Shown: positions 1-11,076 of the stretch, one piece after another
How positions within the stretch are numbered: the first letter of the stretch is position 1
How the letters are laid out: the number at the start of each line of letters is the position of its first letter
IMG/VR virus record: IMGVR_UViG_2534681701_000015
Source of the DNA: a virus
Taxonomy: Duplodnaviria; Heunggongvirae; Uroviricota; Caudoviricetes
DNA: 32,028 nucleotides
Reading direction: 5' to 3' (one strand)
Notes under the pieces: generated by a model
Database searches by the model: none
Seen by the model: the letters and a program-made list of their open reading frames with translations, nothing else
What the model was told of the DNA's origin: nothing
Translations under genes and position numbers: made by a program

Positions 1-1224
1 ATGGCGTTGTCTGATGCGTGGTTGCGTTCAGTCATTGGAAAGGAACGTGATAAGGTTTTGGTTAAATCCGATCGTGATGGTTTGTCTGTCAGAGTATCAC
101 CGAAAGGTCGCGTAGTGTTCCAATATCGTTATCAATGGGCAGGGAAAGGCGAGCGCCTTGATATCGGTACTTACCCGGCAACTGGATTAAAAGAGGCCAG
201 AGAAGAAGTTATCCGTCTTCGTGGTGAACTCGAGTCAAACCGCAATCCACGATTGGTCAAGCAGGTAGAAAAACGCAAAGCTACTGAAGCCATGACGGTG
301 GAGTCTGTGATCCGTGCCTGGTATGCAGCATATTGTGTAAAAAATAAAAAAGGTTCTGAGCAGATACTCCGCTCATTTGAACTGCACCTGTTCTCTAAAA
401 TCGGGAGTATCCCTCACGATGTAGCTACTTTGCATGATTGGTTAGAGGTCCTGGAGCCTCTTAGCACTAAGACTCCAGCAATAGCAGACCGATTGCTAAT
501 TAACGCAAAGCAGGCCCATGTCTGGGCGTATAAGAGAAAGCTCATTGAAACTCGCCCGCTGTCGGATATCACGGGTAAAGATATGGATATCCGTAAAGGT
601 CAGAAGAAACGGTTTCTGACACATGATGAAATTAAAATCCTTTATGCTGCGATCGATGGTTCTCGAATGGTTCCTAAATACCGGGCCTTCATTAAACTAT
701 TGCTGCATTTTGGTTGCCGTAGTTCAGAGCTAATTACTGCCCGGGTGGACGATTTTGATTTCATTAATAAAGTATGGACTGTACCACCAGAACGACATAA
801 GACTGGGGAGATAACAGGCGAACCGCTAAAGCGACCCATTATTGAACCGGTTGAAGAGCTTATAAAGTACGCTATCTCTATGAACAATGGTTCCGATATG
901 CTTTTTACTAAGGAAGGAAGCAGGGAACCCGTTGGTCGGACATCATTGCAGTCGCTGCCTTACAATTTAATGCAGTACGCATGGCGGCGTTTGGGGTATC
1001 AATTCCCTCATTGGTCTCTTCATGATTTGAGACGAACAGCACGAACAAACTTTTCTGATCTTACTGAGCCTCATATTGCAGAAATAATGCTAGGTCATAA
1101 ACTGCCAGGGGTATGGCAAGTTTATGATAAGAGCGATTATCTAGAAGAACAGCGTAAAGCCTACCAGGCATGGTGGGAGAGAGTTAAATCGATTGTTACT
1201 TGTACTAACTCATGCTCCAATTGA
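1..1224 (+). CDS. int: Tyrosine recombinase / phage integrase, P4-type, complete (ATG at window position 1)
   Basis: 407-aa ORF; N-terminus MALSDAWLRS...VRVSPKGRVVFQYRYQ resembles the arm-binding domain of P4/CP4-57 family integrases; C-terminal HDLRRT and downstream Tyr region fit the catalytic domain. Confidence 0.9.
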   Translation: MALSDAWLRSVIGKERDKVLVKSDRDGLSVRVSPKGRVVFQYRYQWAGKGERLDIGTYPATGLKEAREEVIRLRGELESNRNPRLVKQVEKRKATEAMTVESVIRAWYAAYCVKNKKGSEQILRSFELHLFSKIGSIPHDVATLHDWLEVLEPLSTKTPAIADRLLINAKQAHVWAYKRKLIETRPLSDITGKDMDIRKGQKKRFLTHDEIKILYAAIDGSRMVPKYRAFIKLLLHFGCRSSELITARVDDFDFINKVWTVPPERHKTGEITGEPLKRPIIEPVEELIKYAISMNNGSDMLFTKEGSREPVGRTSLQSLPYNLMQYAWRRLGYQFPHWSLHDLRRTARTNFSDLTEPHIAEIMLGHKLPGVWQVYDKSDYLEEQRKAYQAWWERVKSIVTCTNSCSN

Positions 1225-1257
1225 TACAGTATGCCCAGCCAGTATGTAATCAAATTT

Positions 1258-1306
1258 GGCAGCCTGCTTTGAGCGTAAAGCGAGAGCTGCCATTATTCTT
1301 ATATTT
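1258..1306 (+). terminator. Possible intrinsic terminator downstream of int
   Basis: Imperfect hairpin GGCAGC...GCTGCC (1258-1291, with inner GCTTT/AAAGC pairing) followed by T-rich ATTATTCTTATATTT. Confidence 0.3.
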
Positions 1307-1358
1307 GAACGCTATACGATTAACTTTTTGACTGATAGATCAACTGGGTTCAGTATAC

Positions 1359-1379
1359 CACCTGCAATATAAGCAGGTG
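1359..1379. repeat. Perfect 7-bp inverted repeat CACCTGC-N7-GCAGGTG
   Basis: Read directly: 1359-1365 CACCTGC, spacer AATATAA, 1373-1379 GCAGGTG; lies between int and the cargo operon; function unknown. Confidence 0.5.
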
Positions 1380-1395
1380 ATGGATAAATATATCA

Positions 1396-2301
1396 TTATT
1401 GGTCAGGATATTTTGATAGTTCAACTTCAAAAGTTGAATTTTTGTTTTTTAGAACATGATCAACACCTTTATAAAGTTGCCGTAATTTATTTACTGCATT
1501 TATATCAATGGAAGCAGGGGAGAATGCTCGGATAAGATTGTTGAAGATTTCCTTGGAGTAAGCAGATTTCTTCTTTTTATCAAGAGAGTCCATTCTTTTA
1601 ATAATGATTTCTAAAAGATATGTCTTTTGATTGTTATGCATTTTTTCTGAAGTAATAATCAGATACATCATTTCCCCCAAGGTTTTAGAGGCAAAGAACT
1701 CTGGAGATTGCTCTTTCTCTTCTGGTGTCCAGTTATCATAATTGAGGTGTTCTGTTGCTCCTGCCCATATATTACAACGGCTGATTAGCTCATATATTAA
1801 ATAATCAAATCGCATGGGGAACTCTCTATTTACATCTATGCTGCTAGATTTTTCATAACTCTCAAGTATTTCCTTTAGGAAAAAACGATAATACATGAGC
1901 CACATATTGTCTTTTGAGCGTTTGAATATTGCTGTAGATACCATAACATCGAAAAACGTCAATCCAACGAAGATTGGGCATTCCCAACGCTCATCACTAC
2001 TTGAATAGTAATTATCTGGATGATTGTAAAAGCAAGAACTCCCTTTTTGTTTTTTTATGTAGCTAATGACATAATCACCCACAGGTTTCCATATTTCTAA
2101 ATCTATCGCCATGCGAATATCATTTAAATAAAAATTAAGCAAGGTATTACTTTCGTCGAGTGCATACTCCCCTGTATATGAACGATTTTGGTTGTCTCGT
2201 AACTCCCTATACATAATGCTGTTTGGGTTAGATATTAAATACGTAAAGAAATTTGTATTATACTCACAATTATATCTAAGCTGTAAGCAGGTGGCCTTCA
2301 T
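1396..2301 (-). CDS. Hypothetical 301-aa protein, second gene of the AT-rich cargo module; no recognisable motif
   Basis: Uninterrupted 301-aa ORF in a visibly AT-rich segment; no Walker A, HxH or other motif recognised by eye; no clear SD before the ATG at 2301. Confidence 0.6.
   Translation of the reverse strand: MKATCLQLRYNCEYNTNFFTYLISNPNSIMYRELRDNQNRSYTGEYALDESNTLLNFYLNDIRMAIDLEIWKPVGDYVISYIKKQKGSSCFYNHPDNYYSSSDERWECPIFVGLTFFDVMVSTAIFKRSKDNMWLMYYRFFLKEILESYEKSSSIDVNREFPMRFDYLIYELISRCNIWAGATEHLNYDNWTPEEKEQSPEFFASKTLGEMMYLIITSEKMHNNQKTYLLEIIIKRMDSLDKKKKSAYSKEIFNNLIRAFSPASIDINAVNKLRQLYKGVDHVLKNKNSTFEVELSKYPDQ
1420..1450 (+). terminator. Intrinsic-terminator-like hairpin plus T-tract, embedded in the 3' end of the convergent minus-strand CDS
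   Basis: TTCAACT-TCAAA-AGTTGAA stem-loop (1420-1438) followed by TTTTTGTTTTTT (1439-1450) on the plus strand. Confidence 0.4.
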
Positions 2302-2369
2302 AGCTACGTGAGGGTAAGTATCAATTAGATAATGTGAAAAAACCTTTGATTTCAGAAGATTGGATATAT

Positions 2370-2956
2370 TTAATTGAATATCATTTTGTCTTTTGTCTTT
2401 TGTCTTTTGTCTTCATAAGGGAAAAACTTTGACAGAAATCTCCTGACTTTTTTGAATCGTAATTTTTTTACCTTCTCTTCATCCATTTCAATGGGAGATA
2501 ATGAAGGGGCTAAGTAATTATGTACGCGAACATACCATTTTTTATTGCTGATTATATTGAATAGCTGCTCGTGATATTTATCAAAAAGATATCCTAGTTG
2601 TTCTATTTTTTTTGCGCGCAGATATGTTTCTGAAACACTGATCCAACAGGTAAGGTTTGCTTTTGGTAGTATTTTGCCCTGTACTTTAATTCCAAAAAAT
2701 ATAATTATGATACAAAGACAAGTAAAAGCCAATGTATCTTCGTTAAAACCGAGTATCCAAGGGATCGGTTTTATCGGGAAAACACTTAGCAAAACCTTAG
2801 AATATATAACTGTTAATATTGTTGATATAAAAAGATAATGAATGCTAAATTAAATTTAGATATGCGTAACCTTAAATCAACACGTCTCTCATCCGTTAAG
2901 AGAGTATACCAAGCAATAAGTATGGCGAAGACTGCTAGTAAACCATTGGCACCCAT
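2370..2956 (-). CDS. Putative multi-pass membrane protein (about 195 aa if joined), apparently frameshifted at an A5/T5 run
   Basis: ORF 2370-2792 begins at TTG with no in-frame ATG/GTG before the upstream stop at 2850-2852; a 47-aa ORF (ATG 2956, SD GAGGTG, stop 2813-2815) lies in the -1 frame; joining at the A run 2829-2833 gives hydrophobic segments LLAVFAILIAWYTLL, FNLAFIIF..ILTVIY and LAFTCLCIIIIFFGI followed by a basic tail. Confidence 0.45.
2384..2411. repeat. Tandem heptanucleotide repeat (TTTTGTC)x4 inside the 3' end of the membrane-protein gene
   Basis: Four perfect head-to-tail copies at 2384-2411; on the coding strand this is GACAAAA x4, encoding the KRQKTKDK C-terminus. Confidence 0.9.
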
Positions 2957-2996
2957 TATCACCTCTGAATAAGCTACATTTAGACATTCATAAAAA

Positions 2997-3025
2997 ACTT
3001 TAATACTATGTACTTATTGTAACAA
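2997..3025 (-). promoter_or_regulatory. Putative sigma70 promoter for the cargo operon
   Basis: Minus strand reads TTGTTA-N17-TAAAGT (-35 at 3020-3025, -10 at 2997-3002), about 40 nt upstream of the SD/ATG at 2956. Confidence 0.25.
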
Positions 3026-3188
3026 ATTCTGGGTGTTTTCATCAGAATTATCTGCATCATCCTGCACCATTAATTTTGGTGCTTCGCTGGTGGTATTTGC
3101 AACATCTACTTCAGGCACAGAGTAGACAGTCTGATTAGGTTTAGCTCTGTGCCATAGATGTGTTAGCTCACATCTGAACGAATACGTA

Positions 3189-3383
3189 TTACTCAATAAC
3201 TCCCGCAAACCTGTATATCTTGCGTGATGCCCATTTATTTGGGCAGGATTTAATATCAGGATCTGGGAAGTCAGGCCTGTATTTCTGGCCAGTTCTCCTG
3301 TTTACGCTGTTCCAGCGAAGAACTGTCGATACTGAAACGCCACAGAAATCAGCGACTTGTTTAGTTGTCATTAAGTTGTTCAT
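3189..3383 (-). CDS. Small HTH DNA-binding protein, excisionase/AlpA-like
   Basis: 64 aa; MTTKQVADFCGVSVSTVLRW is a helix-turn-helix typical of Xis/AlpA-type regulators; start overlaps the stop of the upstream gene (TAATG). Confidence 0.55.
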   Translation of the reverse strand: MNNLMTTKQVADFCGVSVSTVLRWNSVNRRTGQKYRPDFPDPDIKSCPNKWASRKIYRFAGVIE

Positions 3384-4003
3384 TACTTCACCTCCTGCGG
3401 CGGCTCCGGTAGCGGCATCCAGTGGGTTACTTTCGATGCCGGTTCTTCCCCATTGTCAGTAACTGCCCACCATTTGTTTCTCGAACAATCGTAATACCCT
3501 TCGAAGGTATCGCACTCAGTCCAGCCGTAAGACTTACCCCAACACCAAACATACTGTTTATCGTTCGGCATTCGCTCACTACAGCTTATCCAACCATCCG
3601 GAGTTACCGGAGAGTTGCCCGACAGCTTGTTCAACTTATAAGTCTGGCTTACAGGTTTGGCACCATGAAGCATGGTGGCGCGGCAGGCGTTCCAGCCTTC
3701 ATCAAAACCGACTATGCCATTATTTAAAGACGGACGAGCATCTGGCACCACCAGTACTGGCTTGGCTATATATAGCGGCTGAACATACCAGCCCTTTGAT
3801 AACCAACTGTCAGCAATGTTTTTGCTCCTGGTTATTGCCGGAATACCTAAGCCATTGTCTGAATGCAGCCATGCCACCGGCTCCTCTTCCAGCGATGCCA
3901 GAGCAATTTCATAAGCACGGCGCTCAATATCGTCTCGAATCTCTAGGCTGCTGATTCGTTCTTTGATTTCTTTAATCAGTTCTTTATTGGTAAATGTGGT
4001 CAT
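3383..4003 (-). CDS. DUF551-family phage protein
   Basis: 206 aa; C-terminal THWMPLPEPP is characteristic of DUF551; translationally coupled to its neighbours. Confidence 0.65.
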   Translation of the reverse strand: MTTFTNKELIKEIKERISSLEIRDDIERRAYEIALASLEEEPVAWLHSDNGLGIPAITRSKNIADSWLSKGWYVQPLYIAKPVLVVPDARPSLNNGIVGFDEGWNACRATMLHGAKPVSQTYKLNKLSGNSPVTPDGWISCSERMPNDKQYVWCWGKSYGWTECDTFEGYYDCSRNKWWAVTDNGEEPASKVTHWMPLPEPPQEVK

Positions 4004-4365
4004 TATGCTCCAGCCTCCGGCGCTTTAGGTATTACTGCCCAGTGAGTGATATTGAAGTTTTCAAGGTCCCCGACCTGAAATGTCCACTGCCATTCTCCGG
4101 TTTCTTTTTGTCCCCAGGTGTACCAGAGAGAACGCCAGCCAATCAGCCAGCCTTCTCCGTTAGCATCAAGTAACAGAACACTTTCATTTGCTGGTGGCAG
4201 TTCAGCTGACACTGGTATTATTTTGTTTTCCAGTGCCGCACATTTAGCTTCAAGCGCGTCGAATTTACGTACCAGGTACTCAGCATTTGTTTCGTTCACT
4301 TTCAGATCTCGCGGTACACATTTCCCGCGAAGAAACCCTTCCATTTCGAAAACATTCATGCGCAT
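4003..4365 (-). CDS. Hypothetical early-left phage protein (120 aa)
   Basis: ORF overlapping the HD gene by 10 nt and the DUF551 gene by 1 nt; C-terminal ITHWAVIPKAPE is DUF551-like. Confidence 0.5.
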   Translation of the reverse strand: MRMNVFEMEGFLRGKCVPRDLKVNETNAEYLVRKFDALEAKCAALENKIIPVSAELPPANESVLLLDANGEGWLIGWRSLWYTWGQKETGEWQWTFQVGDLENFNITHWAVIPKAPEAGA

Positions 4366-4904
4366 TTGCGTAACTCCGATAACTCGTTAAAACGTTCCAT
4401 AAACATCCCGTAGGCATGGCCAGGTGCCAGTGGAATCACGTTGAACATCTCTGTTGCCGGGATGCCTTCCAGTACAGGCCAGAAAGAGCCATCATCAAGC
4501 CCGAGATCGCGGCGTTCGGTTGCCAGCATGATAAGATCGGCATATTTCACGGGCGTACTCATAACTGGGGGTAACCCGTATTTCTCACGGATTACGGCAT
4601 CTATTTTTTCTTCCATCCGTTTATAGTCAGGAAGAAGACGTTTCAGTGGTGCGGGAATGTCCTGGCAATACGCTTCTGTTGCATCATGCATTAACGCTTC
4701 AAAAGCAAATTCCTGCGGCACCAACTGGCTGCAAAGAACCGCATGTTGGGCGACGCTGTAGAAGTGTGAAAGATGTCCTGCAAAGCGACAGATATTTGAA
4801 AGGGAAACCGCGATATCGTTAATAACGATGTCGTCTTTATTTATCTTGTCATAATAAAAATGCTTCCCGGAAAAAGTTTTAATAAATGACATTTCGTTCT
4901 CCAC
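4356..4904 (-). CDS. HD-domain phosphohydrolase (YfdR-like)
   Basis: 182 aa with H...HD metal-binding signature (SVAQHAV ... LMHDATEAY); position matches the yfdR slot of CPS-53-like early-left operons. Confidence 0.7.
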   Translation of the reverse strand: MENEMSFIKTFSGKHFYYDKINKDDIVINDIAVSLSNICRFAGHLSHFYSVAQHAVLCSQLVPQEFAFEALMHDATEAYCQDIPAPLKRLLPDYKRMEEKIDAVIREKYGLPPVMSTPVKYADLIMLATERRDLGLDDGSFWPVLEGIPATEMFNVIPLAPGHAYGMFMERFNELSELRKCA

Positions 4905-4968
4905 TTTATATGCGCTGCACCGGCTGAATTCGGGTAAAAGGAATCCCGCACCATCCGGCGATTATTGA

Positions 4969-7414
<2,446 letters not shown>

Positions 7415-7471
7415 TCACTTAAATAAGTGATAGTCTTAATACTAGTTTTTAGACTAGTCATTGGAGAACAG

Positions 7472-7837
7472 ATGATTGATGTCTTAGGGCCGGAGAAACG
7501 CAGACGGCGTACCACACAGGAAAAGATCGCAATTGTTCAGCAGAGCTTTGAACCGGGGATGACGGTCTCCCTCGTTGCCCGGCAACATGGTGTAGCAGCC
7601 AGCCAGTTATTTCTCTGGCGTAAGCAATACCAGGAAGGAAGTCTTACTGCTGTCGCCGCCGGAGAACAGGTTGTTCCTGCCTCTGAACTTGCTGCCGCCA
7701 TGAAGCAGATTAAAGAACTCCAGCGCCTGCTCGGCAAGAAAACGATGGAAAATGAACTCCTCAAAGAAGCCGTTGAATATGGACGGGCAAAAAAGTGGAT
7801 AGCGCACGCGCCCTTATTGCCCGGGGATGGGGAGTAA
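7472..7837 (+). CDS. insC: IS2 OrfA (InsC), HTH protein
   Basis: [41 protein letters not shown]...; A6G slippery run at 7789-7795. Confidence 0.9.
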
Positions 7838-8700
7838 GCTTAGTCAGCCGTTGTCTCCGGGTGTCGCGTGCGCAGTTGCACGTCATTCTCAGACGAACCG
7901 ATGACTGGATGGATGGCCGCCGCAGTCGTCACACTGATGATACGGATGTGCTTCTCCGTATACACCATGTTATCGGAGAGCTGCCCACGTATGGTTATCG
8001 TCGGGTATGGGCGCTGCTTCGCAGACAGGCAGAACTTGATGGTATGCCTGCGATCAATGCCAAACGTGTTTACCGGATCATGCGCCAGAATGCGCTGTTG
8101 CTTGAGCGAAAACCTGCTGTACCGCCATCGAAACGGGCACATACAGGCAGAGTGGCCGTGAAAGAAAGCAATCAGCGATGGTGCTCTGACGGGTTCGAGT
8201 TCTGCTGTGATAACGGAGAGAGACTGCGTGTCACGTTCGCGCTGGACTGCTGTGATCGTGAGGCACTGCACTGGGCGGTCACTACCGGCGGCTTCAACAG
8301 TGAAACAGTACAGGACGTCATGCTGGGAGCGGTGGAACGCCGCTTCGGCAACGATCTTCCGTCGTCTCCAGTGGAGTGGCTGACGGATAATGGTTCATGC
8401 TACCGGGCTAATGAAACACGCCAGTTCGCCCGGATGTTGGGACTTGAACCGAAGAACACGGCGGTGCGGAGTCCGGAGAGTAACGGAATAGCAGAGAGCT
8501 TCGTGAAAACGATAAAGCGTGACTACATCAGTATCATGCCCAAACCAGACGGGTTAACGGCAGCAAAGAACCTTGCAGAGGCGTTCGAGCATTATAACGA
8601 ATGGCATCCGCATAGTGCGCTGGGTTATCGCTCGCCACGGGAATATCTGCGGCAGCGGGCTTGTAATGGGTTAAGTGATAACAGATGTCTGGAAATATAG
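7795..8700 (+). CDS. insD: IS2 OrfB (InsD), transposase catalytic domain, made as an OrfAB fusion by -1 frameshift
   Basis: 301-aa ORF with DDE integrase-like core, overlapping the end of insC in the -1 frame. Confidence 0.9.
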
Positions 8701-9202
8701 GGGCAAATCCACCAGTCTTCAATCCATTCTGCCAGTGACTTCTGGGAGTTACGCTCACCGTTAACAGACAACAGAGCAGAGAACGGTGCTGTCTTTTTCA
8801 GTTTGAGAGTGGCGGTGTTATCTGCGTGACCTGGTTCATCAATAGTACCCAGATTAAGCACACTGACGGCACGCATATTATCAGCATCGATAAAGCAGCG
8901 GGTGCCTTCATCTGCAAGATCTTTAGAATAACGGGTAAAGTCATCGATGCTGGCAGTGGAAAGCGCACCACGGAAACGTAAGCGATTTAAATTAAATTTT
9001 TCCAGATCATGAATGCGGAAATTCTCGGGCAATGCCACAGCATCGGCACCAATCTTACTGATAATTTCATTAACACCCTGAGCAGAAATAAGGGCATGGA
9101 TTTGATTAATTGCGGTTGCGTCTAAGTTCTGAGACATAATAAGTCCTCACTATATAAAGATATTCAGTGATGAGATAAATAATCAGTTAATTAAGAACGA
9201 TA

Positions 9203-9565
9203 TTAATGACCTGCTGCGCGGAGTTTTCCGTCAGGTTCACCGGCAAGAGTCAGTAATTGTCCCTGGTCTTCCTGCAGAATAGTCAGGCGACCACCGCGAT
9301 TGACATACATCGGCGTTTCGGTGGTGTCTTCTTCGGAAATTTTCCCGCGGTTAGTCGGGCGGACATATGAGAGTTTATGTTTGATTTTCACACGGCTCTC
9401 ATCAAACGGTTCGATTTCCAGGTTGAGTGAGACCTTACCTTTGGTTTTCGTGTTCATCACACCGGAAGCGACTTCACTGAGAACTGCGCCGATTTTGGTT
9501 TCAAATACGCCGCCGTCCAGCTCCCCGATAAATGCCTGTACATCAGTACTGCGTTCGCTAGCCAT
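9203..9565 (-). CDS. Hypothetical early-left phage protein (120 aa)
   Basis: ATG at 9565 preceded by AGGAG 7 nt upstream; the longer ORF called to 9751 lacks an SD and runs into the leader. Confidence 0.55.
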   Translation of the reverse strand: MASERSTDVQAFIGELDGGVFETKIGAVLSEVASGVMNTKTKGKVSLNLEIEPFDESRVKIKHKLSYVRPTNRGKISEEDTTETPMYVNRGGRLTILQEDQGQLLTLAGEPDGKLRAAGH

Positions 9566-9700
9566 TTTGCTGCTCCTCATCATATCGACCCTGCAAGGTC
9601 GGTTGGTTTCTCCACAAAACAGAGAAGAACACCTGCGGTGGCAGCCGCCCGGATGGATTGGGTTATGAGCCCGTCGTCCGGTGATGCTCTTCTCTGTTTT

Positions 9701-9748
9701 GTAAAAAGAGCGGTACCAGCCGGAAGCAAGTGTACAAACTGGTACCGC
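9701..9748 (-). terminator. Intrinsic terminator in the early-left leader
   Basis: Perfect 10-bp inverted repeat GCGGTACCAG (9710-9719) / CTGGTACCGC (9739-9748), 19-nt loop; on the minus strand it is followed by TCTTTTTAC. Confidence 0.45.
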
Positions 9749-10193
9749 CAAAGCAGTGGCTGTTGTGGTGACCGGTGCTGATCTCCGGCTTGCGGTTATT
9801 TCAGACTCTCACGGGCGTTTAATTGCCCCGCCGAACAGCTCTTTTCCGCAATAGCTGCAATGTCTTTCGCGCATCAGCCTGCGCATTCACCACAACGCTG
9901 AGAGCACTTAGCCAGTTACGGCACCACACTTTGTCGCGGTTCCATAAATGCCCTCATCGTTGCACCCTGGTCTCTTCCCAGGCGTCAAACCGAATCGCCA
10001 CGCTGGTTAGGCGTCTTATCAGCATCATCATTGACTTGCACATTCCGGCTACCTGGTTTGTTTGCTCGAGCAAGGAGTGGATTGTCCCCTTTAACGTCAC
10101 CAGACCGCTAACGACGCATGTGCCATACGCCGTATTACAACCAAATTTTGTTAGTACCTTGTTTGTTGGTCTGGAAAGAAAGATAAAATGAAG

Positions 10194-10231
10194 TTGCGCA
10201 TTATGCAAGTGTTTTATTGCGAGATGTGCAA
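10194..10231. promoter_or_regulatory. Putative OL operators / PL region
   Basis: Two 15-bp sites TTGC-N7-GCAA (10194-10208 TTGCGCATTATGCAA; 10217-10231 TTGCGAGATGTGCAA), same half-site pattern as the cI-cro intergenic region. Confidence 0.4.
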
Positions 10232-10240
10232 TTTTATGGG

Positions 10241-10266
10241 AAATGAAAAGCCACCTTTGGGTGGCT
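10241..10266 (-). terminator. Intrinsic terminator downstream of cI
   Basis: Hairpin GCCACC-TTTG-GGTGGC (10250-10265); on the minus strand it is followed by TTTCATTT; 20 nt after the cI stop. Confidence 0.5.
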
Positions 10267-10286
10267 AATTGATGAGGAGGTAAGGG

Positions 10287-10979
10287 TTAATTGTGTCGCT
10301 TAAGGGTTTGTGACTGGCTGATTAAGACCTTTCCAAAGACCATAAACCGGTGTTCATTTTCGCTGGTAATTCCCCATTCACGGTAAATCTGGTTATCAGA
10401 AATCACCAGTAGTTTGTCAGGTATCATTTGCAGTCGTTTGACATAAATTTTATCATCAAAACCAAATACATAGATACCATCTCCATCAAACTGATTGATA
10501 CTGACATCAACGAAGATGAGATCTCCTGGCTCAATGGTTGGACACATACTGTCCCCACGAACGTTGATAACTTTAATGTGATTGGCTGGTCGTCCGCCAA
10601 ACATCGATACAGCATTATCAGTTCTGTATTCAATGGCATGAATCACATCAATGACATCACCGCCCTGGATAAGGCCATTTCCCGCACTGGCACTGACATC
10701 CAGCATTTCAATACGGAATACATCCTTCACCTGCGCAACATCCTCACTAATACTGTTTTTACATACAGTATTACTTTTGAAGTCTGAGGTAAAGAGATCA
10801 GCAATATCAACACCTAAACTCCTGGCAATATTACTCAGGGCTTGTTCAGTGAATTGTTTCTGCTTACCTGTTTCCAGGCGCGAGATATTCGCCGCATCCA
10901 CTCCTATTGCTTCAGCGAGATCGGCGATTTTCATGTTCTTCGCCTGGCGAAGTTGTCTGACTCGATTTCCTATGTTCAT
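10287..10979 (-). CDS. cI: CI-type prophage repressor (XRE HTH + S24 LexA-like autopeptidase)
   Basis: 230 aa; N-terminal HTH (KIADLAEAIGVDAANISRLETGK), Ala-Gly cleavage site (SASAGNG), catalytic Ser in GDSM and Lys in VKRL. Confidence 0.9.
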   Translation of the reverse strand: MNIGNRVRQLRQAKNMKIADLAEAIGVDAANISRLETGKQKQFTEQALSNIARSLGVDIADLFTSDFKSNTVCKNSISEDVAQVKDVFRIEMLDVSASAGNGLIQGGDVIDVIHAIEYRTDNAVSMFGGRPANHIKVINVRGDSMCPTIEPGDLIFVDVSINQFDGDGIYVFGFDDKIYVKRLQMIPDKLLVISDNQIYREWGITSENEHRFMVFGKVLISQSQTLKRHN

Positions 10980-10999
10980 GCGTTTATTACATTTCTTTA

Positions 11000-11066
11000 T
11001 TGCGCGTTAAGCAAATCAACTTGCGCAAAATATTTGCGTGAAATAACATGCTCATCACGCAATATG
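11000..11066. promoter_or_regulatory. OR operator / PR-PRM region between cI and cro
   Basis: TTGCGCGTTAAGCAA (11000-11014), near-palindrome GCAAAATATTTGC (11025-11037) and a further CGCAAT half-site at 11058-11063; cro SD GGAGG at 11068-11072. Confidence 0.5.
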
Positions 11067-11076
11067 TGGAGGTTAT

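Noticed and set aside
2384-2411. Tandem repeat considered as a CRISPR array, and the whole window scanned for CRISPR-like spaced repeats
   Set aside because: The units are contiguous 7-mers with no spacers and there are no cas genes; no CRISPR array is present.
3014-3208. 64-aa minus-strand ORF downstream of the AlpA-like gene
   Set aside because: TTG start only, overlaps the AlpA-like 3' end and the putative cargo promoter, acidic low-complexity tail; judged intergenic.
9823-10208. ORFs of 122 aa (plus strand) and 84 aa (minus strand) in the early-left leader, considered as possible N antiterminator
   Set aside because: No SD; the 84-aa ORF starts on top of the operator repeats; neither has an Arg-rich N-terminal motif or protein-like composition.
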